DNA from: a virus | Lineage: Duplodnaviria > Heunggongvirae > Uroviricota > Caudoviricetes | IMG/VR virus record: IMGVR_UViG_3300027734_000034 | Strand: one strand, 5' to 3' | DNA length: 60,908 nucleotides | In this document: piece by piece, positions 45,655 through 53,409 of the stretch | Position numbering within the stretch: the stretch's first letter is position 1 | Layout of the letters: each line of letters starts with the position of its first letter | Notes under the pieces: model-generated | The model's database searches: none | Seen by the model: the letters and a program-made list of their open reading frames with translations, nothing else | Told to the model about the DNA's origin: nothing | Program-made: the position numbers and the translations under genes

Positions 45655-46609
45655 TTTTCTTCCTCTGCATTTCTATTTTGATTTTACTATTTGTTGCACA
45701 CTGTAGTATACTTAATAGGGTAGGTAGCTTACCATATTTAACTACTGCATCATTTACATCTTTTACATCAACATCCCAATTAGGTAAGCTGACGCTATAA
45801 CCTAATTCCAATGCTTTATCACATAGTGCTAGTCCTGTCTTATCTCTATCTGGAACTAGTATCATTTGCTTGTTCAATGTACTAAGTAGCAATGCTTGGT
45901 CGCTACTAATGTCATTGTGCATCAATGCCACCCCATCAATACTTAGTGCATCAAATATACCCTCTGTAACAATACACACTTGCCATTCAGGCTTTTGCAT
46001 ATCAATATTAAACACATACCCGGGTTGTTGTTCGTTGATGTACTTAGGGATTTTGTTATCTAAGAACCTGCTCGTATGTCCTACAATCTTGTTCTTATAT
46101 GTGTAGGGTATTATAACCCTATTACCCATCCTACCCGGTTCATTTGGAGTTATCAAGAAAGGATATTCATTACTATCTATCTTCCTACTTTGCAGATATT
46201 CTACATACACTTTGTGCAATGGATTATCACTATCTACAATCTCGCCTTCGGGTAGTTTGTGGTCATTGAATTTGATTTTTATCTTTTGTTTCTTTGGCTG
46301 AGTAAAGTCTATCAAGTCTTTTTGTTGTAAACTTTCTAAACTCCAGCGTTTAACTTGATGGTCATCAATGCCAGACCATACTAATAGATTGCGAGTTTTT
46401 GTACTGATTGACCGACCCAATACAAAGTTACACTTGAACCCACAATTGAAACAATGCATAGACCAGTTAGTGCCATCAAACTTGATACCACCCCGCATCC
46501 GTTTGTCCTGTCTGTGACCAAAGTGGGTACAGCAGATAGCGTTAAAGCTAGTCCAACCTGAACTTGTTTGTTTCTTTTTACCGGGTAATATAGACAGGAT
46601 ATCAAACAT
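45635..46609 (-). CDS. gp61: DNA primase (T4 gp61-like; Zn ribbon plus TOPRIM)
   Basis: C..H...HCFNC zinc ribbon, TEGIFDA, DRDKTG, KDVND. Confidence 0.88.
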   Translation of the reverse strand: MFDILSILPGKKKQTSSGWTSFNAICCTHFGHRQDKRMRGGIKFDGTNWSMHCFNCGFKCNFVLGRSISTKTRNLLVWSGIDDHQVKRWSLESLQQKDLIDFTQPKKQKIKIKFNDHKLPEGEIVDSDNPLHKVYVEYLQSRKIDSNEYPFLITPNEPGRMGNRVIIPYTYKNKIVGHTSRFLDNKIPKYINEQQPGYVFNIDMQKPEWQVCIVTEGIFDALSIDGVALMHNDISSDQALLLSTLNKQMILVPDRDKTGLALCDKALELGYSVSLPNWDVDVKDVNDAVVKYGKLPTLLSILQCATNSKIKIEMQRKKIGKAGN

Positions 46610-46645
46610 CTATTGATTGTAACACAATCATAATGTTAAAGCAAA

Positions 46646-47410
46646 TTATCTGGTCAATATATTTGTTACTGCGCCCGCATTGCTAGTGAATTGCATGCGG
46701 ATATAAGGATGAAATCCTTGTATAACATAACCCACTGTTTGAGTAACATTGGATACTTCTTCTGTAGTAACAATGTCATACCAATCATTGTCTACGATAC
46801 TGCTACCTTGAATTGTGGTGTTTCCATAGAATTCAATGTATTCAGTTTGGATAGTTAGTATTGGATTGTTATTTGTACTTAACACACTGGTAGTGTATGT
46901 CAAGCTGCTTCCGTTAGAGCCGTGACTGTTAGGGAATGCTTGACCAGTTGGAATAGTGATACTATATGATGGAACAAAGTTAGGTAATACACTATTAACT
47001 ATGTTCATCACCCCACGAGCACCTGCATTTTGATCTACAAATACAGGGAAATCAAATTCATTGACTGGAATTTCTAATGTGTAATAACATTTTTGAGCCT
47101 CAATATTCTCTAAGTCCGCTGCGTTTAAAAACAATGCACATATGCCAGTGGCAGCAAACTGTAAGGTCAATGCTTTTTGTACCAAAATTTCATTACCGGT
47201 ATAATTTAATATACGGCAAGTAATGCTTTTTCCAGTAATATCTATGGGTTTTTGTTCCTGATTAATGAACTGAAACTGGATTTGATTATCAACTCCCTTG
47301 TGTAAAGTTAATGGTTTTGCGTAGACTGGCATATATCTCCTCGGTGAATAGCCTGACAATAACACAACAATGTTGCGCTGGACGTAATAAAATACTGATG
47401 TTGAATACAC
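46646..47410 (-). CDS. Hypothetical protein, probably structural (BppU-like N-terminal pattern)
   Basis: LHKGVDNQIQFQFINQEQKPIDITG.SI.CRI; CTAAATA upstream; GTG start. Confidence 0.5.
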   Translation of the reverse strand: MYSTSVFYYVQRNIVVLLSGYSPRRYMPVYAKPLTLHKGVDNQIQFQFINQEQKPIDITGKSITCRILNYTGNEILVQKALTLQFAATGICALFLNAADLENIEAQKCYYTLEIPVNEFDFPVFVDQNAGARGVMNIVNSVLPNFVPSYSITIPTGQAFPNSHGSNGSSLTYTTSVLSTNNNPILTIQTEYIEFYGNTTIQGSSIVDNDWYDIVTTEEVSNVTQTVGYVIQGFHPYIRMQFTSNAGAVTNILTR

Positions 47411-47496
47411 AAATGTAGGCTCCTATCAACTATTTAGTATAATATATTAATTTAATTAACTTTGGTTACCCGATAAATAAACTGTTCACTATAATA

Positions 47497-47877
47497 ATGA
47501 TCCAAAACGAATTCTTTAACCGCCTGACTCAAAATCACCCGTTCATAACAGTGTGTTCATATGCCAACCAAGATTATGTTGGAATTGTTCAAAACCGTGA
47601 TGACATGGTTACCACTATCTATGACTATGGATCCATACTTGATAATGATGTGAAAGAGAAGTTTTTAGAACTTGGAGAAGTTTGGTGGTGGGAAAGTAAT
47701 AGATTAATCCCCATCAATTTGTTCTTAAAAAACGAATGGTCTATGTTTAGACCTTATCTCAGAACTTTCAATAACAAAAGTCTAGTAATTGTGCATGGTC
47801 CGATATGCAGCATGAACGAACTAAGTAAGCGCCGTAGTAAACGCCGTAGCATCACCCTCGTCAAAAGAATGCCCTAA
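47497..47877 (+). CDS. Hypothetical late protein
   Basis: Isolated plus-strand ORF preceded by GATAAATA (47472-47479); plausible composition. Confidence 0.65.
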   Translation: MIQNEFFNRLTQNHPFITVCSYANQDYVGIVQNRDDMVTTIYDYGSILDNDVKEKFLELGEVWWWESNRLIPINLFLKNEWSMFRPYLRTFNNKSLVIVHGPICSMNELSKRRSKRRSITLVKRMP

Positions 47878-48432
47878 TAGGTTCATGTGAACCACAACTA
47901 ATTGAGCATAAGCAATTGCATGTGCTTTTTTGAATACATATCCGTCAGTTCCCTTATCCCATACAGTTTTACTAATCTCAGACCATACTTTACCAATTAA
48001 ATGCTTCTTACCGGGACGAATAACTGCAAGAAACATAGCTAATCTTGGGATGCTATCTATGGGTTCTGGCATCTTCTCTAAGTTATAAAACTGATTATTC
48101 AGGTGAATCAGTTTCTCAACAAAACTTTTATCTTTCAGTTTACTCCAATCAGGTTCAACCATCAACTCGTTAAGATGTTGTTCATCTCTGACATTCTCAT
48201 ACACATGAACATTCAATAAGTCTAGTTTAAAATATCCACGTTTGTCTGCTATTGTATAATCAATACTTGCTATATCTAGCACTGGATCATAGGGGATAGG
48301 GGTGACATATACACCAGTGGCATGTTTACGAATAGGATTAACATTACGCATTGCCGCACTTGTATGCTTAATTAGTTCAAGCAATCTATCTCTTGAACCA
48401 AAGTCAATATCAATATCACTATCTATTCTCAT
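47821..48432 (-). CDS. dnaE: Miniature DNA polymerase III alpha-like (C-family) protein
   Basis: SDIDIDF, KHATGVYV, GYFKLDLL, LAVIRPG, YVFKKAHAIAYA: DnaE motifs in the correct order within 203 aa. Confidence 0.8.
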   Translation of the reverse strand: MRIDSDIDIDFGSRDRLLELIKHTSAAMRNVNPIRKHATGVYVTPIPYDPVLDIASIDYTIADKRGYFKLDLLNVHVYENVRDEQHLNELMVEPDWSKLKDKSFVEKLIHLNNQFYNLEKMPEPIDSIPRLAMFLAVIRPGKKHLIGKVWSEISKTVWDKGTDGYVFKKAHAIAYAQLVVVHMNLLGHSFDEGDATAFTTALT

Positions 48433-48977
48433 CTTGGTTGAATCAATCCTGCTTTAATTAATTTCATATATGCAGATTGAACAACAATAGCTTGTCGTTC
48501 AGCATCTTCTACCGCTTTGTGTGTCGTAACATGATTACCATCTTTAAGACTAACACCAGTGATATCAAATAATGTTCGGGTGTCCCTAACATTATAATAA
48601 GGCCAAGGTAGCATTTGACCAGTCTGTCTCCAAGCATGTTCTATTGCAACCACATCAAATGCTGATCCATGACTCCACGGTTTGCCATGATTTAAACAAA
48701 ATTTATACAATTGATACATTGCTTCTTTAAATGATACACGGTCTCTATCACCCATAGCTTCTTCAATAGCCTCTGGGTTTTGTTTACCCCACCATTCTAA
48801 TGTTGCTTCATTGATACTACGATTATAAATCTCTGTTTGATCCTCAATCGTAGGTCTAATCTCAATCTTGTCGATGATTCCTTGACCACGCGGATCAAAT
48901 AATACTGCACCAATTGTAAGAATCACACAATCTGGTGTTGTATCAAGTGATTCAATATCTATCATAATATCGGCCAT
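48429..48977 (-). CDS. DEDD-family 3'-5' exonuclease
   Basis: IMIDIESL, W.HG..FD, RDTRT, H.A.EDA; ATGA-coupled to mini-dnaE. Confidence 0.88.
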   Translation of the reverse strand: MADIMIDIESLDTTPDCVILTIGAVLFDPRGQGIIDKIEIRPTIEDQTEIYNRSINEATLEWWGKQNPEAIEEAMGDRDRVSFKEAMYQLYKFCLNHGKPWSHGSAFDVVAIEHAWRQTGQMLPWPYYNVRDTRTLFDITGVSLKDGNHVTTHKAVEDAERQAIVVQSAYMKLIKAGLIQPR

Positions 48978-48979
48978 AA

Positions 48980-49207
48980 CTATCCTTTTTTAGTTTTACT
49001 GTAAGCTGTTTCTACCCTTGGCATACCACATTTCGCACAATAGCATGTTGCATGGCTTACATGTCCCTTACTCCAGACTTCATCCCATATCTCCCAGTTA
49101 GTCCACTGATGCCAACCAAACCTACATTGCAGTGATTGGACCGGTTCTAGTTCCTTGAGTATTCTCCAAGTGTTTCGCTTCTCATGTTTTTCACGCTGTT
49201 CTATCAT
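48980..49207 (-). CDS. Small Cys/His (Zn-binding-like) protein
   Basis: CRFGWHQW...C.CAKCG; start 49207 from the ATGA overlap. Confidence 0.55.
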   Translation of the reverse strand: MIEQREKHEKRNTWRILKELEPVQSLQCRFGWHQWTNWEIWDEVWSKGHVSHATCYCAKCGMPRVETAYSKTKKG

Positions 49208-49479
49208 GTTTGCCACATTTCATACATTGTTATCAATCTATCATCCCATATCTCTATTGTAACACATCCTCCAGCTAAGGAGAAGTCCCAACCTTGGTGT
49301 CTTTCACCGAAATTTCTTCTCATCCATTTTACTATAACTGCTGGATCTTCTTTATGAAATAAACAATCTCTAAGATAGACTTTTTTATGTCCATCTTTGT
49401 AGTTGTTATCCCTGCATAAAGAGGTTGCGGTCTTGGGATATGTTACTGCGAATCCTTTTGTGTATGTTGTTATTGCCAT
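49204..49479 (-). CDS. Paralog array member 10 (divergent)
   Basis: IVKWMRRNFG...IEIWDDRLITMYEMW. Confidence 0.65.
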   Translation of the reverse strand: MAITTYTKGFAVTYPKTATSLCRDNNYKDGHKKVYLRDCLFHKEDPAVIVKWMRRNFGERHQGWDFSLAGGCVTIEIWDDRLITMYEMWQT

Positions 49480-49480
49480 A

Positions 49481-49711
49481 TTACCATCTCAATCTTGCTA
49501 AAATATAATCACGCTCATATCTAAATTTAATTTTAAATAACCAAACTTCATCATATACCCAAGTATACAAACAATGTCTATCTGGGTTTTGTATGTTTCT
49601 CAGTATCCAATCTACTAACTCTATCCTTTGTGGTATCGGGTCATGTTCATCAAGTTTAATAACTATTTCATGCCATCCTGGCTTGATGTTTTCCCAATCT
49701 GTATTTCTCAT
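49481..49711 (-). CDS. Paralog array member 9
   Basis: ELVDWILRNI...IKFRYERDYILARLRW. Confidence 0.7.
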   Translation of the reverse strand: MRNTDWENIKPGWHEIVIKLDEHDPIPQRIELVDWILRNIQNPDRHCLYTWVYDEVWLFKIKFRYERDYILARLRW

Positions 49712-49983
49712 TGAAACCTCAATAAGAATATCAAATACTTTTGTTCATCTACTATTTTGTAACCATCAGTAATGTTACCATTAACCATGTTCATCTTTAT
49801 ACCATACTTATTTTCAATGTAAGTTTCAAAATCATAGGCATCAAACTGTGTTTTATCTTCCATGAATTCTTTTCTAACTAATTTGAGCAGGTTCCAATAC
49901 TTCCATCTATTCTTTCTAAAATGAAGTTCAGGATCATCGTCATCATAATCTTGAAATGATTTTGTTATATTACTCACATCCAT
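49708..49983 (-). CDS. Paralog array member 8
   Basis: DFETYIENKYG...KIVDEQKYLIFLLRF. Confidence 0.65.
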   Translation of the reverse strand: MDVSNITKSFQDYDDDDPELHFRKNRWKYWNLLKLVRKEFMEDKTQFDAYDFETYIENKYGIKMNMVNGNITDGYKIVDEQKYLIFLLRFQ

Positions 49984-50180
49984 CTCAATGCAAAATAGGT
50001 GCTATATTCTTCTTTGTAGAAATTGAATATTGTATAACAATAAGCTGGTTCAGCAAATGATTCTGCTTTATGATATGCCCAATCAAAATCTACTTTATCT
50101 ACCCAACCATGTTGTTTCATCTGATGCACTATATCTATAATTTCAAGTACTGGTACGTTTGTAACAGTTATAGTTTTCAT
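49974..50180 (-). CDS. Paralog array member 7
   Basis: FNFYKEEYSTYFALRW. Confidence 0.7.
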   Translation of the reverse strand: MKTITVTNVPVLEIIDIVHQMKQHGWVDKVDFDWAYHKAESFAEPAYCYTIFNFYKEEYSTYFALRWM

Positions 50181-50422
50181 TCCCAGCGTAGTAAAAACAT
50201 AGTCAAATCTTCATCACGGGTAAGCATTATCTCGCACTGCTTAATGTTATCTACCCAACGATTACTTCCAGTTTCATCATCATAACCTGAATTGCCGTAA
50301 TTCTTTTTACACCATTTCTTGATTTCTTTGGTGTCAATATCATCTTGACCTTTCCAAGAGACTGTATGTATATTAACTTTGCTACCAAAATAGCGTTCTG
50401 TTTTGTGTGTAAATTTGCTCAT
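50177..50422 (-). CDS. Paralog array member 6
   Basis: EIKKWCKKNYG...IMLTRDEDLTMFLLRW; start 50422 from the ATGA overlap. Confidence 0.7.
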   Translation of the reverse strand: MSKFTHKTERYFGSKVNIHTVSWKGQDDIDTKEIKKWCKKNYGNSGYDDETGSNRWVDNIKQCEIMLTRDEDLTMFLLRWE

Positions 50423-50664
50423 GACCATCTCAATATAAACCATGCTGCCAATTTAGGATCTTTAACTGTGATAGTAGGAACATATCTAATAGATATGTCA
50501 CGCGGATCAAACGCTTCATGTGGTTGCGGATACATTCGCACACGCTCATAGAACCAGGCATAATTAGGGCTATCTTTAATATCAGTCATATTGCCTCTGC
50601 CCACATGTTCGTTTAACCATTCGGTACAACCTGCAGGCACCCCCTGTCTAAACTCTACTCTCAT
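50419..50664 (-). CDS. Paralog array member 5
   Basis: CTEWLNEHVG...ITVKDPKLAAWFILRW. Confidence 0.7.
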   Translation of the reverse strand: MRVEFRQGVPAGCTEWLNEHVGRGNMTDIKDSPNYAWFYERVRMYPQPHEAFDPRDISIRYVPTITVKDPKLAAWFILRWS

Positions 50665-50903
50665 GACCACACCAACGTAAAATGCGTGGCTATTTTGCCG
50701 TCATTGAAATGAAAGTCAACCTCTCCCCAGTACCACTCACGAATCCACCCTCTGTGGTAATGTTTTTCACACCAATGTGTCATATCATCTACCTTGTCAT
50801 CCCAATCATTAGTGAGCATATTTGGAGGTGCTTCAATGCTCACTGTGTATCGGTAATTGTTTTTAATATACCGTGTTGTTTTTCTACGCTGCTTACTGTT
50901 CAT
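50661..50903 (-). CDS. Paralog array member 4
   Basis: DMTHWCEKHY...FHFNDGKIATHFTLVW. Confidence 0.7.
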   Translation of the reverse strand: MNSKQRRKTTRYIKNNYRYTVSIEAPPNMLTNDWDDKVDDMTHWCEKHYHRGWIREWYWGEVDFHFNDGKIATHFTLVWS

Positions 50904-51181
50904 GACCATCTCAATATGAAAAAGGTTCTGTCTGCTGCATCACGGAACCAGTACTTACGATCACTTCCTACCCAACGACAATTAGGTATGCCCCAATGAC
51001 CGCTGCCAAATGTGTCTATCATCCAAACATTCATATCCAACCACTCTATTGCAGAGTAGTTCAATGGTTTGACCCAATAAGGATATTTAGGTTGATTGTC
51101 GGCATAACCAGTTTCAAGTCTTTTCATAGTGGTTAATTCAGATACCCATCTAGCTTCATTCATGGCGCGTTTCTTAATCAT
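50900..51181 (-). CDS. Paralog array member 3
   Basis: DMNVWMIDTFG...YWFRDAADRTFFILRW. Confidence 0.7.
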   Translation of the reverse strand: MIKKRAMNEARWVSELTTMKRLETGYADNQPKYPYWVKPLNYSAIEWLDMNVWMIDTFGSGHWGIPNCRWVGSDRKYWFRDAADRTFFILRWS

Positions 51182-51447
51182 AGCCACCTCAACAAGAACA
51201 TGGTTAGATCCTGTGGTCGTTTAAAAAACCACCTATCGTTGTAATAGCTATGTGTACCAGAACGGAAAGTATCTTCGCACCATTTAATTTGATCTTGCAT
51301 CTCACGGCTGAGAATATAAGCCGACGGGGTGCTATGAGTCAGGCGAACTTTGCGGTTACCGTAATCAATTATCAATACGGGTTCCTCTGTTGTCATGTTC
51401 CATGTTATCCCAGACCTGGGACGTTCGTACCGAATCTTGTGTGTCAT
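51178..51447 (-). CDS. Paralog array member 2
   Basis: DQIKWCEDTF...WFFKRPQDLTMFLLRW. Confidence 0.7.
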   Translation of the reverse strand: MTHKIRYERPRSGITWNMTTEEPVLIIDYGNRKVRLTHSTPSAYILSREMQDQIKWCEDTFRSGTHSYYNDRWFFKRPQDLTMFLLRWL

Positions 51448-51671
51448 AAGCAACTTAAATTAAAATGTATAGCATCACGCTCGTCATAGAAATAAAAATC
51501 CATATAATCTTCTGTGGCATGCGTGTAATATCTTTCACCGGGCAAGCCAAAGTGTTCTATCGCATAGCCACATACATCATTCCACTTATATGAAGTATCG
51601 CCTTTTACCCATGGTACGCGAACTCTAGTAGCCTGCCTCTTTGATTGTATCTTTGACTCTTTTTGTAACAT
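51444..51671 (-). CDS. Paralog array member 1 (start uncertain)
   Basis: DVCGYAIEHFG...FYFYDERDAIHFNL; the only ATG overlaps the upstream gene by 47 nt. Confidence 0.6.
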   Translation of the reverse strand: MLQKESKIQSKRQATRVRVPWVKGDTSYKWNDVCGYAIEHFGLPGERYYTHATEDYMDFYFYDERDAIHFNLSCL

Positions 51672-52326
51672 CCATATCTCGCTTAAACTTTATCGCCCAC
51701 TGTTCTGGATTTATATAATCAATAATCATTTTAACATGACCTTCATTTAATGTATCTAGAAAATGGGTACCACTGTCACTCTGATACAACAACCATGGAC
51801 TAATCTTGCCCGTTGTAATAGCATAACATAGTTTGTTTGCATTCCCATAACGCAACATATCATGTGGTTGTATGTTTGCGTCCTCAGCCAACTTGATGCA
51901 AGTCTCTACGCTACGATGTATCGCATCGAATGGATCCTCATGCCTTAGATACTCAATGAGATATTTGGTATAGACACTATCGCTACACCAATTGTCAATC
52001 TTAATCTGATTCTTTAACAACCATTCAACATATCGTGTTATGTTGATAGCATTAATGTTAAGACAATAGTTACCAAACTTAGTAAACGCAGTATAGTATG
52101 CACTACGAATGAATTCTTCATAGGTACGATGCTTGCGACTAGATGTGTTCTTTTTATAAAACTGTACCCAAGTCTGAAATCCAAACTGATTACCACGTAA
52201 ATCTTTGTCTAGCCATCTACGCTTGTTTTCACAGATGTGTTTAGCTACCGTGCTTTCTTTCAAGAATTCACGTTTGCAGAATTCACAACCATACTTGACT
52301 GGTTCAGTTACCGAGGTCTCTTTCAT
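51625..52326 (-). CDS. Hypothetical protein with N-terminal C2H2-like Zn finger
   Basis: YGCEFCKREFLKESTVAKHIC; start placed at MKETS (52326). Confidence 0.7.
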   Translation of the reverse strand: MKETSVTEPVKYGCEFCKREFLKESTVAKHICENKRRWLDKDLRGNQFGFQTWVQFYKKNTSSRKHRTYEEFIRSAYYTAFTKFGNYCLNINAINITRYVEWLLKNQIKIDNWCSDSVYTKYLIEYLRHEDPFDAIHRSVETCIKLAEDANIQPHDMLRYGNANKLCYAITTGKISPWLLYQSDSGTHFLDTLNEGHVKMIIDYINPEQWAIKFKRDMDVTKRVKDTIKEAGY

Positions 52327-52897
52327 ATTGCTTAAGTTGCTCGTCTGTGATAGTTTCATTTAGTGTCTCAATGTCTGTTATTTTCATGTTGGGGAATAGT
52401 TCTGCTAATCTAAGTTTACGCTTTTGACTATCTACAAACGCTTGACTTACCTCTGTGATATCATCTTCATGTGCTTTAGGATATATCTTCTTGTAGTATT
52501 CTCTTATATCTTTAATCTTTGCAGGCGCTTGTAGTTTACTTACTTTGGGGCTGATGTTAGGTATCCACTGATGAAATTGTTTTCCCAATGCCGGACTACT
52601 AGCACACAACATCAACCATTGTAGTTTAGGATGCTTTTGTACATTCTCATTGAATAGATATTTGTTTGCGTGATATTCTACACTCATCAAATAATATCCT
52701 TGCAAATCACCTGATGCTTTAATCGCACTCATCCATTGAATCATTGTGAATGGTACAAACTTCTTTTGTTGTTCTATTGATAACTTATCATAGAAGCCAT
52801 AGTCTTTCTTATCTAATGCAGCAAGGACCTCAAACAAGTCTAAATCTTGTTTATCAAACTTTTCATCAACCGGGATTGCTGCTTTTCTTGTTGCCAT
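52304..52897 (-). CDS. Clamp loader small subunit-like protein (T4 gp62-like)
   Basis: FVPFTMIQWMS...N...KHPKLQWL...QFH.WI resembles the gp62 pattern; replication context. Confidence 0.5.
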   Translation of the reverse strand: MATRKAAIPVDEKFDKQDLDLFEVLAALDKKDYGFYDKLSIEQQKKFVPFTMIQWMSAIKASGDLQGYYLMSVEYHANKYLFNENVQKHPKLQWLMLCASSPALGKQFHQWIPNISPKVSKLQAPAKIKDIREYYKKIYPKAHEDDITEVSQAFVDSQKRKLRLAELFPNMKITDIETLNETITDEQLKQYERDLGN

Positions 52898-53397
52898 TAA
52901 AATGCCTGACTATAATCTACTATCTCACAATTACGACTAATCTCTTTTACAAAATATATACATGCGGGTTTAGGACCATCTTCAATTGGCACACATAGAA
53001 ACTGCCCGTTCTTTAATCTAGGTGCATACCATGTTACATCGTGATAGATATCTAATATCTCAATGGGCAAGAATGTAGGACTGAAACTACTCAATGGATT
53101 AAACTCAAACGCATTAAATCCCCTATCATTGATACTTGTTAATGGTAGTGTTTCTAAGTCACCGTGTTCTTTTTCACCAATCAATATCTGCCAGTCTACT
53201 GGCATCTTAATTGTGTGTTTACCAATCTTCAATACAAGTGCAGGGGCATTAAAACTTTCTAAAAAGATTAATGGTATATAATGATAATCTACATTACTTG
53301 GGTTACTGTTATCTAGTATCGCAAATCGTAAATCATCTATCTCCTCTGGCAATGTCTCTAAGTTATAGTATTCGTTATCTAGGGTCAAAATTCTCAT
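52897..53397 (-). CDS. Hypothetical beta-rich protein, possible catalytically inactive Hint-like fold
   Basis: Clean ORF between uvsW and the gp62-like gene; pattern described in findings. Confidence 0.55.
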   Translation of the reverse strand: MRILTLDNEYYNLETLPEEIDDLRFAILDNSNPSNVDYHYIPLIFLESFNAPALVLKIGKHTIKMPVDWQILIGEKEHGDLETLPLTSINDRGFNAFEFNPLSSFSPTFLPIEILDIYHDVTWYAPRLKNGQFLCVPIEDGPKPACIYFVKEISRNCEIVDYSQAF

Positions 53398-53409
53398 AGT
53401 GTTATTATA

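Noticed and set aside
47821-48432. mini-dnaE as a frameshifted pseudogene
   Set aside because: The motifs are colinear in one uninterrupted frame with coupled start and a normal stop, and flanking DNA holds no missing DnaE parts. Function remains unproven.
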